Origin: Proteromonas lacertae
Taxonomy: Eukaryota
Direction of reading: 5' to 3'
NCBI GenBank assembly: GCA_002245135.1
Contig: NGBS01000910.1
Location: 1 to 50,314 of the forward strand
Length of the DNA: 50,314 nt
Positions 12,501-23,769 of this stretch are shown here, piece by piece; position 1 is the first letter of the stretch; the number at the start of each line of letters is the position of its first letter. The notes under the pieces were generated by a model. That model was not told the DNA's origin. It made no database searches and saw nothing but the letters and a program-made list of their open reading frames with translations. The position numbers were made by a program, and so were the translations under genes.

Positions 12501-12855
12501 CTTTTATCAGCTAAGGTTGTTGTTAATGGTGTTGGTCTTAATGGAGTTGCTGCACTGGTTGGTTTTGCAAAATAAGGTGACTTAGCACCTGAGACATTTC
12601 GATTATTCCAACGACTATTGATATATACATTAATAATAGAAATATACGTTCCTTTGAATGGACTTTTTTCTTTTCCTATTGATGGAAGATCACTATTTTT
12701 AGTATTATAGCCAAGACTGTTAATTGGCTTACCGCTGGAGTAAGAATTGATACCCATAGGTTTATATAAGCCTCCACTTGTCATTGGAGTGGGTTTATAT
12801 ACAGAAGGTGGAACACTCTTCTTCCTAATTAAATTATATAAGACAGTTAATACAT
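9585..12855 (-). CDS. PKG: cGMP-dependent protein kinase with four cyclic-nucleotide-binding domains and an AGC kinase domain
   Basis: CNB cassettes FGDLALIYNCPRSATV, FGQEVLSNRKPQYTV (degenerate), FGELALLSQDKRSANV, LGEVGLITNELRTANA. Kinase motifs ALKAM, HRDLKPEN, DFG, TYTLCGTPEYLSPE and a C-terminal WDSTF tail. One +1 frameshift at ~11540; start codon apparently split by an intron. Confidence 0.88.
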
Positions 12856-13250
12856 AATTATCTAACTGATATAAATGAATAATAAATATGTTGCGCAACT
12901 ATATAGGATAGATTTACAGGTCAATATATTGAATATGACCACAATTCTTTAAAACGATAATGATTTAAACGACCGGTTATTTTTATAGTCGTTTCATTAA
13001 ATTTTAGAATAAAAAATATTCCATATTCCAGATAAAATTAGAACATGGCTTTGTGTGAATAGGCTAAAGAACGATCATTGAATAGGTAAAATGGGTTGTT
13101 AAGAGAATAAACTGTCATTTTCTTTTTCACTTGGTCAATACAATTTCATAATAGGTTGTATGTAATTAGTGTAAAAGATTCAAAATTAAAATGAAATAAG
13201 GCAGACAAAAAATAACTGTTTAAAAGATAGCATAATACTCTTCTATTTAA

Positions 13251-15994
13251 ATGTTATTAAAACTCTCTAATCAAATATTTATAATTCAGTGAGATATTTA
13301 TTTGCATTTGTAGTATTGAAGAACAACCAAATAAATGCAAAAATATAACCTATCAAGCTTTATCAAACCATATTTTTTCGAATTATGATAAATTATCTTG
13401 ATACAACAGATGTAACATTTTATAGAAAATATCATTCAATATATTATCCTGATTATAGTAGATATAGAGTATCATATGCTGTGTATAGACATATTATTGT
13501 TATTAATCACTTTCTAGGCCTGGTTTGTGCCAACCGCATTGCATAGCAAATAACACAGACAATCTAAACAATTTTTACTTGGCAGCAAATGCAGCAGGAG
13601 AAGGTGAAGGTGGAATTGGTATTTTAAGCCATTTTAGAAACAATTCAAAACCAACAGTCCAAGTAATGAACTTAAGATCGGGCGGATTATTAGATGATTT
13701 AACCTGGTCAGCAGATAATAAAAGGATGGTTACATTAATTTCAAATAAAGCAAAAAGTAATAGATCCAAACACATTTCGATTTGTATAATATCTATTTTT
13801 ATAAATTAACTAATAAATTAGATAAATGAATACACAATGAATACAACTGGTTTTGTGAAATGTAATTTAAATCATCCATCTATCTTTTATCTTATTGATG
13901 GAGATTTATTGGAAGTATTAGATATACGACAACCTAATTTAAGGAGACTACTGCAAAATAATAACAATATATCATTTACAACACTGATGAATCATCCTAA
14001 TCAAAAGTATATATATATATTTCAAATTATAATTTCATTTAGTTCTTTTTTCTGTGGTGATATGAATGGTAATGTATATTTATACGATATTAGAGGTAAA
14101 AATATCACTACAAATAATCTTCCATTAATACATACATCTCAATCAGATGATAGTCAAAATTGTGCAATTAAAGACATTCAATTTAATGAATATCATAATC
14201 ATATAAGTATATTGTCAAATTCATTATATATTTATGATTTGAATAATGTATTTTTATTATTGTTTGTTATTAATTTAAATATAGTTGGATTTTATTATGA
14301 ATAATCCATATTATCAATTCGATAATTCTTCACAGGTTGTTTCAATTCAATATAATGTATATAATGACTTACTATATGTTCATGATTTATACAACATATC
14401 AGTATGGGATGTAGAGAATAAAAGAGTGAAATATAATAGATTACACACTATAGAAGAAAGTATATTTACAAATGAAATATCACCTGAAATTTTACACATG
14501 GAAATTAATAAATTGAGTTGTACAGAAGACTTAGGAATGTCTTACCTTGTAACTTCCAATGTATTTTCAGTTGAAATATTTTCCAATAATTTTGTATAAT
14601 TTAATATTATGTATATTTAATTTTATATAGGAAAATGACACTATTCAAGTAATAGATGATATTCAAGAACCAGATGAATTAGAATTAATAGTAGAAAGCG
14701 ATGATAATGACTCAGATCCAGATGATAGTTGGCAAAACAATCCATTATCTTTACCATCCAATACTTGTAGCAGTTCATTAGGTAGCACTACACAGTTAGT
14801 GTATGTTTGTACAACCTGTAATGATCAATTAAGAGAAGAAATATCTCTTGTTAATAATAATGAGTTTGAGAATTATGTTTATGGTTATATATGTAGTGAA
14901 TGTGCTTTGAATTGTCATAGAGGTCATAGTGTGGTTAATATAGGAACAAAACATAACGTCACTTGTGATTGTGGAAATAATCTATTTAAAATAAACAATT
15001 GTAATATTTCACTTACTATTAAGCCAAAATATAATTATAACAATATTTATACGCATAATAATATAGTAAAATATTGTTATTGTAATGGAAATGAAGAGTT
15101 ACCAATGTTTCAATGTGTTCAATGTTGTGATTGGTTTCATAGAAATTGTTTATTTGGTATATATATATATAAATATATTTTTGTTTTTTATTTATGTTTT
15201 AATATATAGAATATAATGAATTAGCTGATATTGATGGATTATTCAAATGTAATTATTGTCTTGCAGATGAATCTAATCATAATATGACTATACCAACTGT
15301 AGATATGATTTGTGATATTTGTAAACAATTAATTGAAGAAGAAGAAGAAAATATAGTAAGATGTGAAGGAAGAAAACAATTAAATTCATTAGTTCAATAT
15401 ATCTGTGGTAAATATATCCATAAAAGATGTTGGGAAAATCATATGAAGATAGATTCAAATACTTCTGATGTAATAGTGTTTTGTTTAGAATGTGAAGAAA
15501 GATATGAATCTTTTAATAATAATAATAATAACTGTAATAATATACAACAACAACCACCTCCACCTTCCTCTCCTTCTTTTTCATCATCATCATCATCTCA
15601 TTTTATATTATCATCTTCTTCTTCTACAATGAATATAAATAACAATACACAACCACCACCACCTTCTCCCAATAATAATAATAATACAGAAGATATAATT
15701 AATGATGAAATGGAATTTAGAGAAGTAGCAAAGAAATTATATTTGAGTGATAAAGAAGCTGCTTTAGAATTTGTAAAATCACATTTGTTAGGTAATTTAA
15801 TGAATAATTTGATTGAAGATGGTAGAAGTATGGTTAGTAAAGGTGATATTAGTAAAGCATTTAGTGATCTTATGAAGAAAGAGCATTTGCCTGTAAAAGA
15901 TGTTACTGTTGTTAAACATCATCAAAGTGAAGAAAAAATGGAAGATAAAGAGAAAAAAGAAAAAGATGATGATGATGATAAAAAGAAAGAATAA
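13251..15994 (+). CDS. WD40-repeat + UBR-box zinc finger + PHD finger protein (UBR7-like C-terminal half); start uncertain
   Basis: WD-like segments (LTWSADNKRM, CGDMNGNVYLYDIR, ISVWDVE); UBR box (VYVCTTC...CSECALNCHRGH...CDCGN); PHD (YCYCNG...MFQCVQCCDWFHRNC) and a second C/H finger. A phase-0 intron at 14594-14630 joins the halves in frame. Confidence 0.7.
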
Positions 15995-16108
15995 GTGTTT
16001 TATTAATTATATTACAATAACAGTATGTTTTATTTGATGTGTTTAATTGTGTTTTGGAAATAAATCAAATAACTAATTTTCATTTCATTATTCAATTTTT
16101 CATTCCTT

Positions 16109-16119
16109 ACACACACAAT
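16109..16119 (-). terminator. GU-rich 3' element ATTGTGTGTGT (copy 1)
   Basis: Exact 11-mer ~37 nt downstream of the stop at 16157; identical copies at 20487 and 26137. Confidence 0.45.
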
Positions 16120-16156
16120 ATATAAAAAGAATATAAAATATCTAAAAAAACTAATA

Positions 16157-16707
16157 TCAGTGATTTTTGTTATAACCAACGAACTTGTTGAACTTCTTAA
16201 TAGCACGCTATATACATATTATAAAGGTAATAATATATGTATTTATACAAGATCTGTTACAGTAACTGGAGATAAACGAATTGAACATGTATATTCAGCT
16301 TTAATATTCTCAAAGTCTATCTCTCTAAATGAATAACAATCTGTTCTACCTTCTATTCGTGTTGATTTCGCTGGAGGCGATGATGGGAAGTCTAAAGACC
16401 TCTTTGGACCTCTTTCTATTCAATATTAATTTATACTTTTAATACCTGGTGTTATATATTGTGAAATGTCATTAGATTCCTCTTGACAGTCTAATTTAAA
16501 GGGTGATTCCATCATCAGCGAAACAAATCTCGAATTACAATCAGGGGATAACATACAGTTTAATTTAGGCGTACTGTACGGTGATTTATATGTGTTTATA
16601 TCTAATGAAACTGATTATCACTTATAAATACCTTCATTTGGCAAATCTTCTAAGAAATTATATGTGTCAGTCAAATTGTCATCTGAGCAGCTATTAGTCT
16701 GTGTCAT
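16157..16707 (-). CDS. Small hypothetical protein rich in SP/TP sites
   Basis: Spliced ORF MTQTNSCSDDNLTDTYNFLEDLPNE|...YKSPYSTPKLN...MESPFKL...ITP|...PKRSLDFPSSPPAK...LSPVTVTDL|RAIKKFNKFVGYNKNH*, with three ~30-40-nt GT-AG introns. Confidence 0.6.
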
Positions 16708-17096
16708 AATTTATTATAAACGTGTCAATCTAATGAACTATAAACATTTATAAACTTACATTGATGTCTATAATAAATGTTTTAAAGCAACTAGAACGTC
16801 TATTTAAATGACGGTTATATATTTCTATCGTTTATATCCCACTAATGACAGTTGATTAGAACAAAATGATTAATCAAAAATCTGTCCGTTACTTGATGAA
16901 TAACCAATAAGATTTCATTAATTTCATTTTAATCATAAAATCGTAAATTATTATAATGAAACAGTTATTTCATCTAGAATTGTGCTTATTAGGGAAAATA
17001 TTCAGATTAAGCTATGAATTTCACTGAACATTTTGATATGTTCTTTTATGAGACAAATGTTCAACAAAATAAAAAAATCATCTCTAAAATTAAAAA

Positions 17097-18295
17097 TTAT
17101 TTATATGCCTCCATCATTGATCTAACTTTAACAAATACAGCAACTAATGATGATAATTGAAGGTTTTCTGATGTAGAAACAGACAATCTATATTCTAATT
17201 CAGCTAATTCAAACATCAAATATGACAACACTTTTGGTGGGAAAGATATATTGCTTATAATTGGAACTAAACACGATAATATATCACTCAAAGCCAATCC
17301 ATTAGCTGTTTTTATCTCCATTATTTTATTATAACAATCGCTAAATGAATCATTCAGTAAGGAGTCTTTAATTATAGTAATATCGCTTGGAAGTGGATAT
17401 CCAGTACATAAATAAACAGAGTTGCTGTTTACTTCAGGATAAGCCATTGAAGTGGATTGTAATATATTTAATACTCTTCTCATATCTCCTTCGCTTAATT
17501 CTAAAATTGCATCGATTCCATCTTTGGTTACATTTACACTATACATACATATATATGATATTAATATTTTTATTATATATATACTGTTCTAATTCAGCTA
17601 TTTTTGTTAATCTTGAGATTATTTGTTCTTTCTTCAGCGGTCCAAATCTGAATCTTGTACATCGACTTTGTAATGCTGGAATTATCTGATTTACATAGTT
17701 ACAAATTAAACAAAAACGAGTTGTTCTTGAATATTGTTCAATTACTATTTTTAAATGATTAATATATTTAATGAATATAATAAATACTCCTTCTTAAGGC
17801 GAATTGGGCAGTATTTGTCATATTATCAGCTTCATCGAGAATTACTAACTTTATTCCACTACTGAAAAGCATTTGAGCACTTGCAAAGTTTTTTATTTGA
17901 CTTCTTACTACATCTATACCTCGATCATCTGAGGCATTTAACTATAAATGTGATATTAACGATTTTTTATCATACTTCTAAAACCATTGAATGAAAATTT
18001 TTGCCATGCATTTGCTTTGCACATGCTAATATAGTTGAAGTTTTACCAGTTCCTGGAGGTCCATAGAACAATAAATGAGGCAATTTGTTAGCTTCAATTA
18101 ATGTATTAACTATAAAATAAATATACTTTACATACTTGTAGATATTATATCTTCGTGAGCAACTAAATCTTTCAATTCTTGAGGTCTATACTTTTCAACC
18201 CATGGTAAACCATCCTCACTTGTTTGATTATATGTTCTTACAGTGTTAGTACTATTTTTAGATTATTTATATTCATACTCTTCTTCTATTTCCAT
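17097..18295 (-). CDS. RFC5: Replication factor C small subunit (human RFC5 / yeast Rfc3)
   Basis: [99 protein letters not shown]; five short introns. Confidence 0.93.
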
Positions 18296-18419
18296 TTTAA
18301 TTCTTTGGAGCGAAAAATTCAAGCTTTTTATTATTTAGCTTGATGAATTTTGAAAATTATATAAAGCGAGTTTTTAGTGTTTTCATTTAAATAAACTAAT
18401 ATTATAAACACAAAATAAT

Positions 18420-19560
18420 GATAGTAAATGTGGAAGAATTAATTCTTGTGTATTTTCAGAATATATGAAATATGAATTATTCACTTTTAGAAGTAACCAT
18501 AAAGTATACAGGTGTATTCTATATCTAGAATGAACAATCTTCTTCGCATTGTTTTCATCATAATAAGCCTAATTGTTTGTTTTTCATATCAACGATAATT
18601 TTGAAAGTAGTTTTTTCTATCATTTCAACAATATCATATTTTTTGTTATTAAGACCATTATTATCTATTGTTGTACATACAGAAGCTAATACATTTGAAG
18701 CATTACATTTAATTGAATAACTTTCATAGAATTTTCCAAATACAACATAATCATTTGCTGAAGGAAAATCAACTCTTTTTATTGTTCTATCTACTTTTAT
18801 TGTTCTATTAGATTTATATCCACTTTGAAACATATAACTATACAATTCTCTTTCGTATCAGGAGAAGTTATTTATTGATAATTCGATCGATTTAAATCCA
18901 TAATCATTTTCACATGTTATACAATAACTTTTATTTACATCAGTTTTAAGTATCAAGTCTCCAGTGTATTTATTACATTCTATCTCATTATTATTATCAC
19001 AATTGATTGTAAATTCACATCCTTCTCCAATAAATCCACTTTCTATTATCATTGGAATAGGCTTTAAGTTTGGTAATTCATATTCTCATATCCAAAATAG
19101 AATCGGAGGAATATTTCTTGTTTTTCTATTTCTAATAGAATTATACTTATTATTTGATTTAAATGTGTAGAATAATTCTTTACAGAAAGAATGATATTTT
19201 GGTAAAAATATATTAAAACCATCAAATATATTTGGATTCTTACATTTCTGTTTTATCATAGGTATTAATTCGACTATAAAAAAGAATATCTAAGAATTAA
19301 ATATACTATTATTACAGATTAGTAAAAATGATTTCATTACAGATTCTCTATTCAAACTTAAAGAGCTTTTGTTATATTCTGATGATAATAAATCTAATAA
19401 ATCATTTCCAACTTCACTTACTATTGAATAATAGAATATATGAATAATTTAATATTACATACTATCATATTTTAAATCAAAATCATTTATTAAATCTACA
19501 GTGTTAGATAATGTCAATAATGAATTATTTCTTAGTACATTCTACAAACAACATCTTTCT
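18420..19560 (-). pseudogene. Disrupted coding region, probably the 3' continuation of the BTB gene
   Basis: Same-strand ORF fragments (18558-18845, 18858-19052) and GT-AG introns near 19275-19305 and 19420-19460, interrupted by stops/frameshifts. Boundaries approximate. Confidence 0.35.
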
Positions 19561-19583
19561 AATTCAGTTCTTATCCTATTTTA

Positions 19584-20402
19584 TTAAACTCTGTTATTGT
19601 AATACTCTTCATTTTTTAACCATTTATTTTCTTTTATATGATGAGATAGGCTATACATATAAAATATTTCATCAAATTCTTCATTCTTTGTTGGAGTTGG
19701 ATCTATATATAATCTTCTATATAATAATCCATTATTTTTACCAAATTTTATTAATTCATCATTTTTTCTATTATTGTCATTTGTTCTTTTCTTTGGTATT
19801 TTATCATCAAATTTGTTCAGTTGTTCATCTATATAATAATCACTTTTTATTACTAAATCATTTATGGATAATAAATATTTCAATATTTCTTCATTATTTA
19901 GTAATAACATTGAATCATCTAATAGTTTATATCCATAAATCTTCATATAATCTTGGAATATTATCTTTAAATCTTCCAATACTCTTCCATATGGAATTCG
20001 GTTAAATATTTCTTGGATTAAGGTAATATTTAAATGATTATTCAAATAATCTTTGCATCTTTCGATTAAGTTTGACTCATCATAACAAATACTCACTTCC
20101 AATATATCACTCACATTATTTTCATTCAATTCTACTATTCCATATCCATAATATATCATTAGTACTTTAAATCCAACTTTTGTTACAGTCTCACTGATTT
20201 TTATCTCTCTTTCTCGTTTTTCATCTTCCATTAATTTGCGAAGTGTTTTGTTTTTTTCTTTCACCAAACAAGAAATACAGGGGATCTTTTCATCTTCTAC
20301 AAGAAACACATCATCTCCAAATCCTTTTTCTACTAAATAATTAATCAAGCCACCTCCAGGAACAGGAAGGCTGAATTGGTTATTAAGATTTTGAAATGAC
20401 AT
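19584..20402 (-). CDS. Divergent BTB/POZ (+BACK-like) domain protein
   Basis: FGDDVFLVEDEKIPCISCLV...LRKLM...EIKISETVTKVGFKVLMIYYGYGIVELNENNVSDILEVSICYDESNLIERCKDYL is the BTB-to-BACK pattern. Confidence 0.7.
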   Translation of the reverse strand: MSFQNLNNQFSLPVPGGGLINYLVEKGFGDDVFLVEDEKIPCISCLVKEKNKTLRKLMEDEKREREIKISETVTKVGFKVLMIYYGYGIVELNENNVSDILEVSICYDESNLIERCKDYLNNHLNITLIQEIFNRIPYGRVLEDLKIIFQDYMKIYGYKLLDDSMLLLNNEEILKYLLSINDLVIKSDYYIDEQLNKFDDKIPKKRTNDNNRKNDELIKFGKNNGLLYRRLYIDPTPTKNEEFDEIFYMYSLSHHIKENKWLKNEEYYNNRV

Positions 20403-20486
20403 TTTGTGTAATAATCCAAAAATATATTCGTTACTCTATTTTATTTTATGTAAAATTCACAATGAATTCATTTCTTTATTTCACCT

Positions 20487-20497
20487 ACACACACAAT
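20487..20497 (-). terminator. GU-rich 3' element ATTGTGTGTGT (copy 2)
   Basis: Exact 11-mer ~145 nt downstream of the G-alpha stop. Confidence 0.45.
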
Positions 20498-20642
20498 ACA
20501 ATGAAGAAATTGTACAAAATATCTATTATATTAAGAATAAAAATTAAAACTCAAAAAAATGATTTTACTTAATATGGTGAATGGGATATACATATATAAT
20601 TGCATAAATCTAAAAGAAATCACCAAACTAAGATTCATTTCT

Positions 20643-21823
20643 TTAAAATACATTCGAGTAGAATAAGTTTCTCTTCGTTATTATACTTTCACAAAACATA
20701 AATGCTGTTTCAATACTGTCTTGTTCAGTAGCACAAGTGAATTGTGTATATAAATCAGGTTTTTCATCCTTTTTATAAGGAATACCTTCTCTAGCTTGTT
20801 GGAATGTTCTTTCGAATTTCATTTGGATATAAGTCAATGCCTGTTGAAAATCATTTCCTCCATCATAATCTTCAAATATATAAGCAGGAGTAACTCTCTG
20901 AATCTTTTCAGCTAATAAATCAGTTTTATTTAGAAATAATATAAATGACGTTTTGGAAAAAAAGGGTGAATGGCATATATTATAAAATAAATGTAAAGAT
21001 TCTTCCATTCGATTTGTCTTCATATCTTCTCTACATACTTGATCATACTCTGAACAAGCTACTATAAATAAAACAGCGTCAGTATTTTCAAATTGAGATA
21101 TCCATTTATTTCTTTCATTTCTTTGTCCTCCCACATCTACACATTGAAATTTTCTATTGTTATGAACAAATTCCAAATGATAAACACCTGTTGTTCTTGT
21201 TCTAGAATGAACTATATCATCATAAGTTGGATCATAATCTGGTTTAACTATATCACTTAATCTAGTCATGTAGTAATCTAACGCTTCTTCTAATGGGATT
21301 TGTGATTCTCTTTCTCGTACAGCTACTATTGCTGGATCTTCCCATAATGCCTCGATGGCTTGACGTATTTCGGGGGTTATGTTTGGATCTTTTGATTCTA
21401 TTGAAGAAACCATTTTGGCATATTCCTATTATTTTTTTAATAATTTTTTAATTATACTTGACAATTGTCAGATATAACTGTATCAATTTCTTTGAAGAGT
21501 GTTCTTGATCCTTGGATTAAAGTCTGAAAGCCACGAATTACATTCCATCGTATTACACTAACATAGTACATAGTTAAAAATAAACTAAATTTCAATAAAT
21601 ATTTTTATATAAAGGATATTTCATGCCTTTCAGTAGTATTAAAACCATTACGATGAATGATTGTAATTTGTTTTATTATTGTACTTTTACCACTATTACC
21701 TGTTCCCAGTAGTAGTAATTTTGTTATTGATTGATCTTTTTCATAAGCTTTCACTAATTTTTCATCGTATATTTTAGTCATTTCACCGCAAGGATCAGAA
21801 CCTATGGATAAGCACGATCCCAT
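20643..21823 (-). CDS. Heterotrimeric G protein alpha subunit
   Basis: MGSCLS lipidation motif; KLLLLGTGNSGKSTIIKQ, RTRTTG, DVGGQRNERNKW, FLNKTD, FTCAT. One AT-AC intron (21566-21619) and one GT-AG intron (~21427-21457). Confidence 0.95.
21566..21619 (-). other. U12-type (minor spliceosome) AT-AC intron, 54 nt
   Basis: 5' ATATCCTTT, branch-like TTTTTAAC 7 nt before the end, terminal AC. Removal restores TERHE|YVSVIRWNVIRGFQTLIQG and removes an in-frame TAA. Confidence 0.88.
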
Positions 21824-21959
21824 GATTTAAAGAAAAAATGTGTAACGAAAAAAAAGAATGTGGTGCAAAACTTTTTGATAACCACAAAATACAAAAATTT
21901 GATAATTGAAGAATATAAGTAATATATATATATACAAGTTTAACAGATAATTATTTATT

Positions 21960-22930
21960 GAAACTATAATTATTAATTTTAGTTGAAAAATTCTATAAAT
22001 AATTCTTTTTTATATTGATCTGATATTCCATCTTGCTTTATTCTTTCAATTGATGAAAATGTTTCTAAAAATAATTCAAATTCTAATCTATCTATATCTT
22101 CTTTCATTGTTATTATTAATACATATATTTTACTAATCAATTCTTCATTTTCCTTCATCTGAAATTGGATTACTAAATATGGATATATTTTCTGTATAGT
22201 ATGGAAAAGAATCTGTTACTTCTTTTAATCCCTTTGAAATATTATTATTATACTTGAAAAATCATAGTTTTAATAACAGCTGCATCTTTTCTTTTTAATA
22301 CAATAATTCAAATAATACTTCAATTCTTCATTTGTCCATAATGAACATTTTATAGCTATAAATGAATATTCTTCTTTCTCTAATGATTTTATTAATAAAC
22401 ACACTTCAGTTGAATCTATTTTGCTAGATAATAATATTACACTTTCATCATTAATTAATATATTACTTAAATCCATTTCATGATAATATACAACCAATTA
22501 TCCAAATCACACTTCTCTCATTACATTCTAAGCCATTCAATAAATACAAGAATGAATCACATAACTTTATATCACCATTTCTTCCATATATTATGTTACT
22601 ACTCTTTAAATTATTTACCACTATATCATACTCACTCAATATCATTAAAATCTCACATATTAAATACATCACACCACATATATCACTTCTAGAAATGGAT
22701 TAAAAGTGAATTACCTCTTTTAAATCTCTAATATAGTATTCTCTCACAAGTTTGATACAATTAAATAAATTGCATATAATTATTTCTGTTTGCATTATAA
22801 AAGGAAGTGATATGTCATTTAAATAACAGTATTGTTCCTCTATACATCTAACCATAGATTTTTATAAATTATTTACATCGAATATTTTTACCACTTTGGA
22901 CAAATCTTGCTTAATTACACAAATGTCATT
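21960..22930 (-). pseudogene. Degenerate protein-kinase-like coding region (pseudokinase or pseudogene)
   Basis: Fragments such as VVNNLKSSNIIYGRNGDIKLCDSF...IWIIGCIL resemble kinase subdomains VIb-IX without HRD/DFG; frame breaks; boundaries approximate. Confidence 0.45.
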
Positions 22931-23198
22931 CTTACTCTCTTTTTATATTTTATATTTCTATTTTTATATATTACTATATTCATACATTCCTACCAACAAA
23001 ATAATGAATCTTTAAATACTCTTTAATACTCCCAATTTTTGAAAAACCTTCCAAATACATATACAATGTATTGAGTGTATTATTAGTTTTTTGTTATATA
23101 ATTTACAATTCATTTTTATTTCGATATTATCAAAAGTGAAAATATAGAAAATTGCATATGAATAACTAAAATTATACATAATTTTATCTTAATCTTAA

Positions 23199-23624
23199 TC
23201 AATAGTGCTGAGTAATGTCTTTCTCAACATCTACATCTTTTTCATTATCATTATTATGTCTTGCTGGTAATAATATTCTTACTTCTCCTTCAGTAGCAAA
23301 AGGTATTTTATTATCTATTTCTTCCTCTACTGATAAGAAATTATCAATATTATTTTGAAAATTTATTGGTATATCTCTTTCTTCTGTCTCTATCTTATAA
23401 TTTTCAATGAAAGTCTCTCCAACAGTAGGTAAATCAAAATCATCTTTTAAGGAAATTATGCTTATGTTAATATCACTATATTCAAATACATTGGGTCTTA
23501 CTCTAAATCTTCCTTTACTTTTTACTCTTTTTAATACACTTCTAAAGTTTTTCTTCTTTGTATTGGTTGAGGAGAATGATGATCCCGTCAATATTTCTAT
23601 CAATGAAGCAAAAGCTTTATACAT
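23199..23624 (-). CDS. Hypothetical protein (141 aa)
   Basis: Uninterrupted ATG-to-stop ORF with hydrophilic, protein-like composition, divergent from BBS7; no family recognised. Confidence 0.5.
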   Translation of the reverse strand: MYKAFASLIEILTGSSFSSTNTKKKNFRSVLKRVKSKGRFRVRPNVFEYSDINISIISLKDDFDLPTVGETFIENYKIETEERDIPINFQNNIDNFLSVEEEIDNKIPFATEGEVRILLPARHNNDNEKDVDVEKDITQHY

Positions 23625-23769
23625 CTATATCCAATACACAATTTTATCAACGAAACAAAAACTAAACAAAATTAATACATTCAATACACATAAATACGTG
23701 TATAATATTTTGGTTAACGAAAAAATAAAATTGAATAACCCAGTTCAGTTTTAAAAATCAAAGTAAGAA

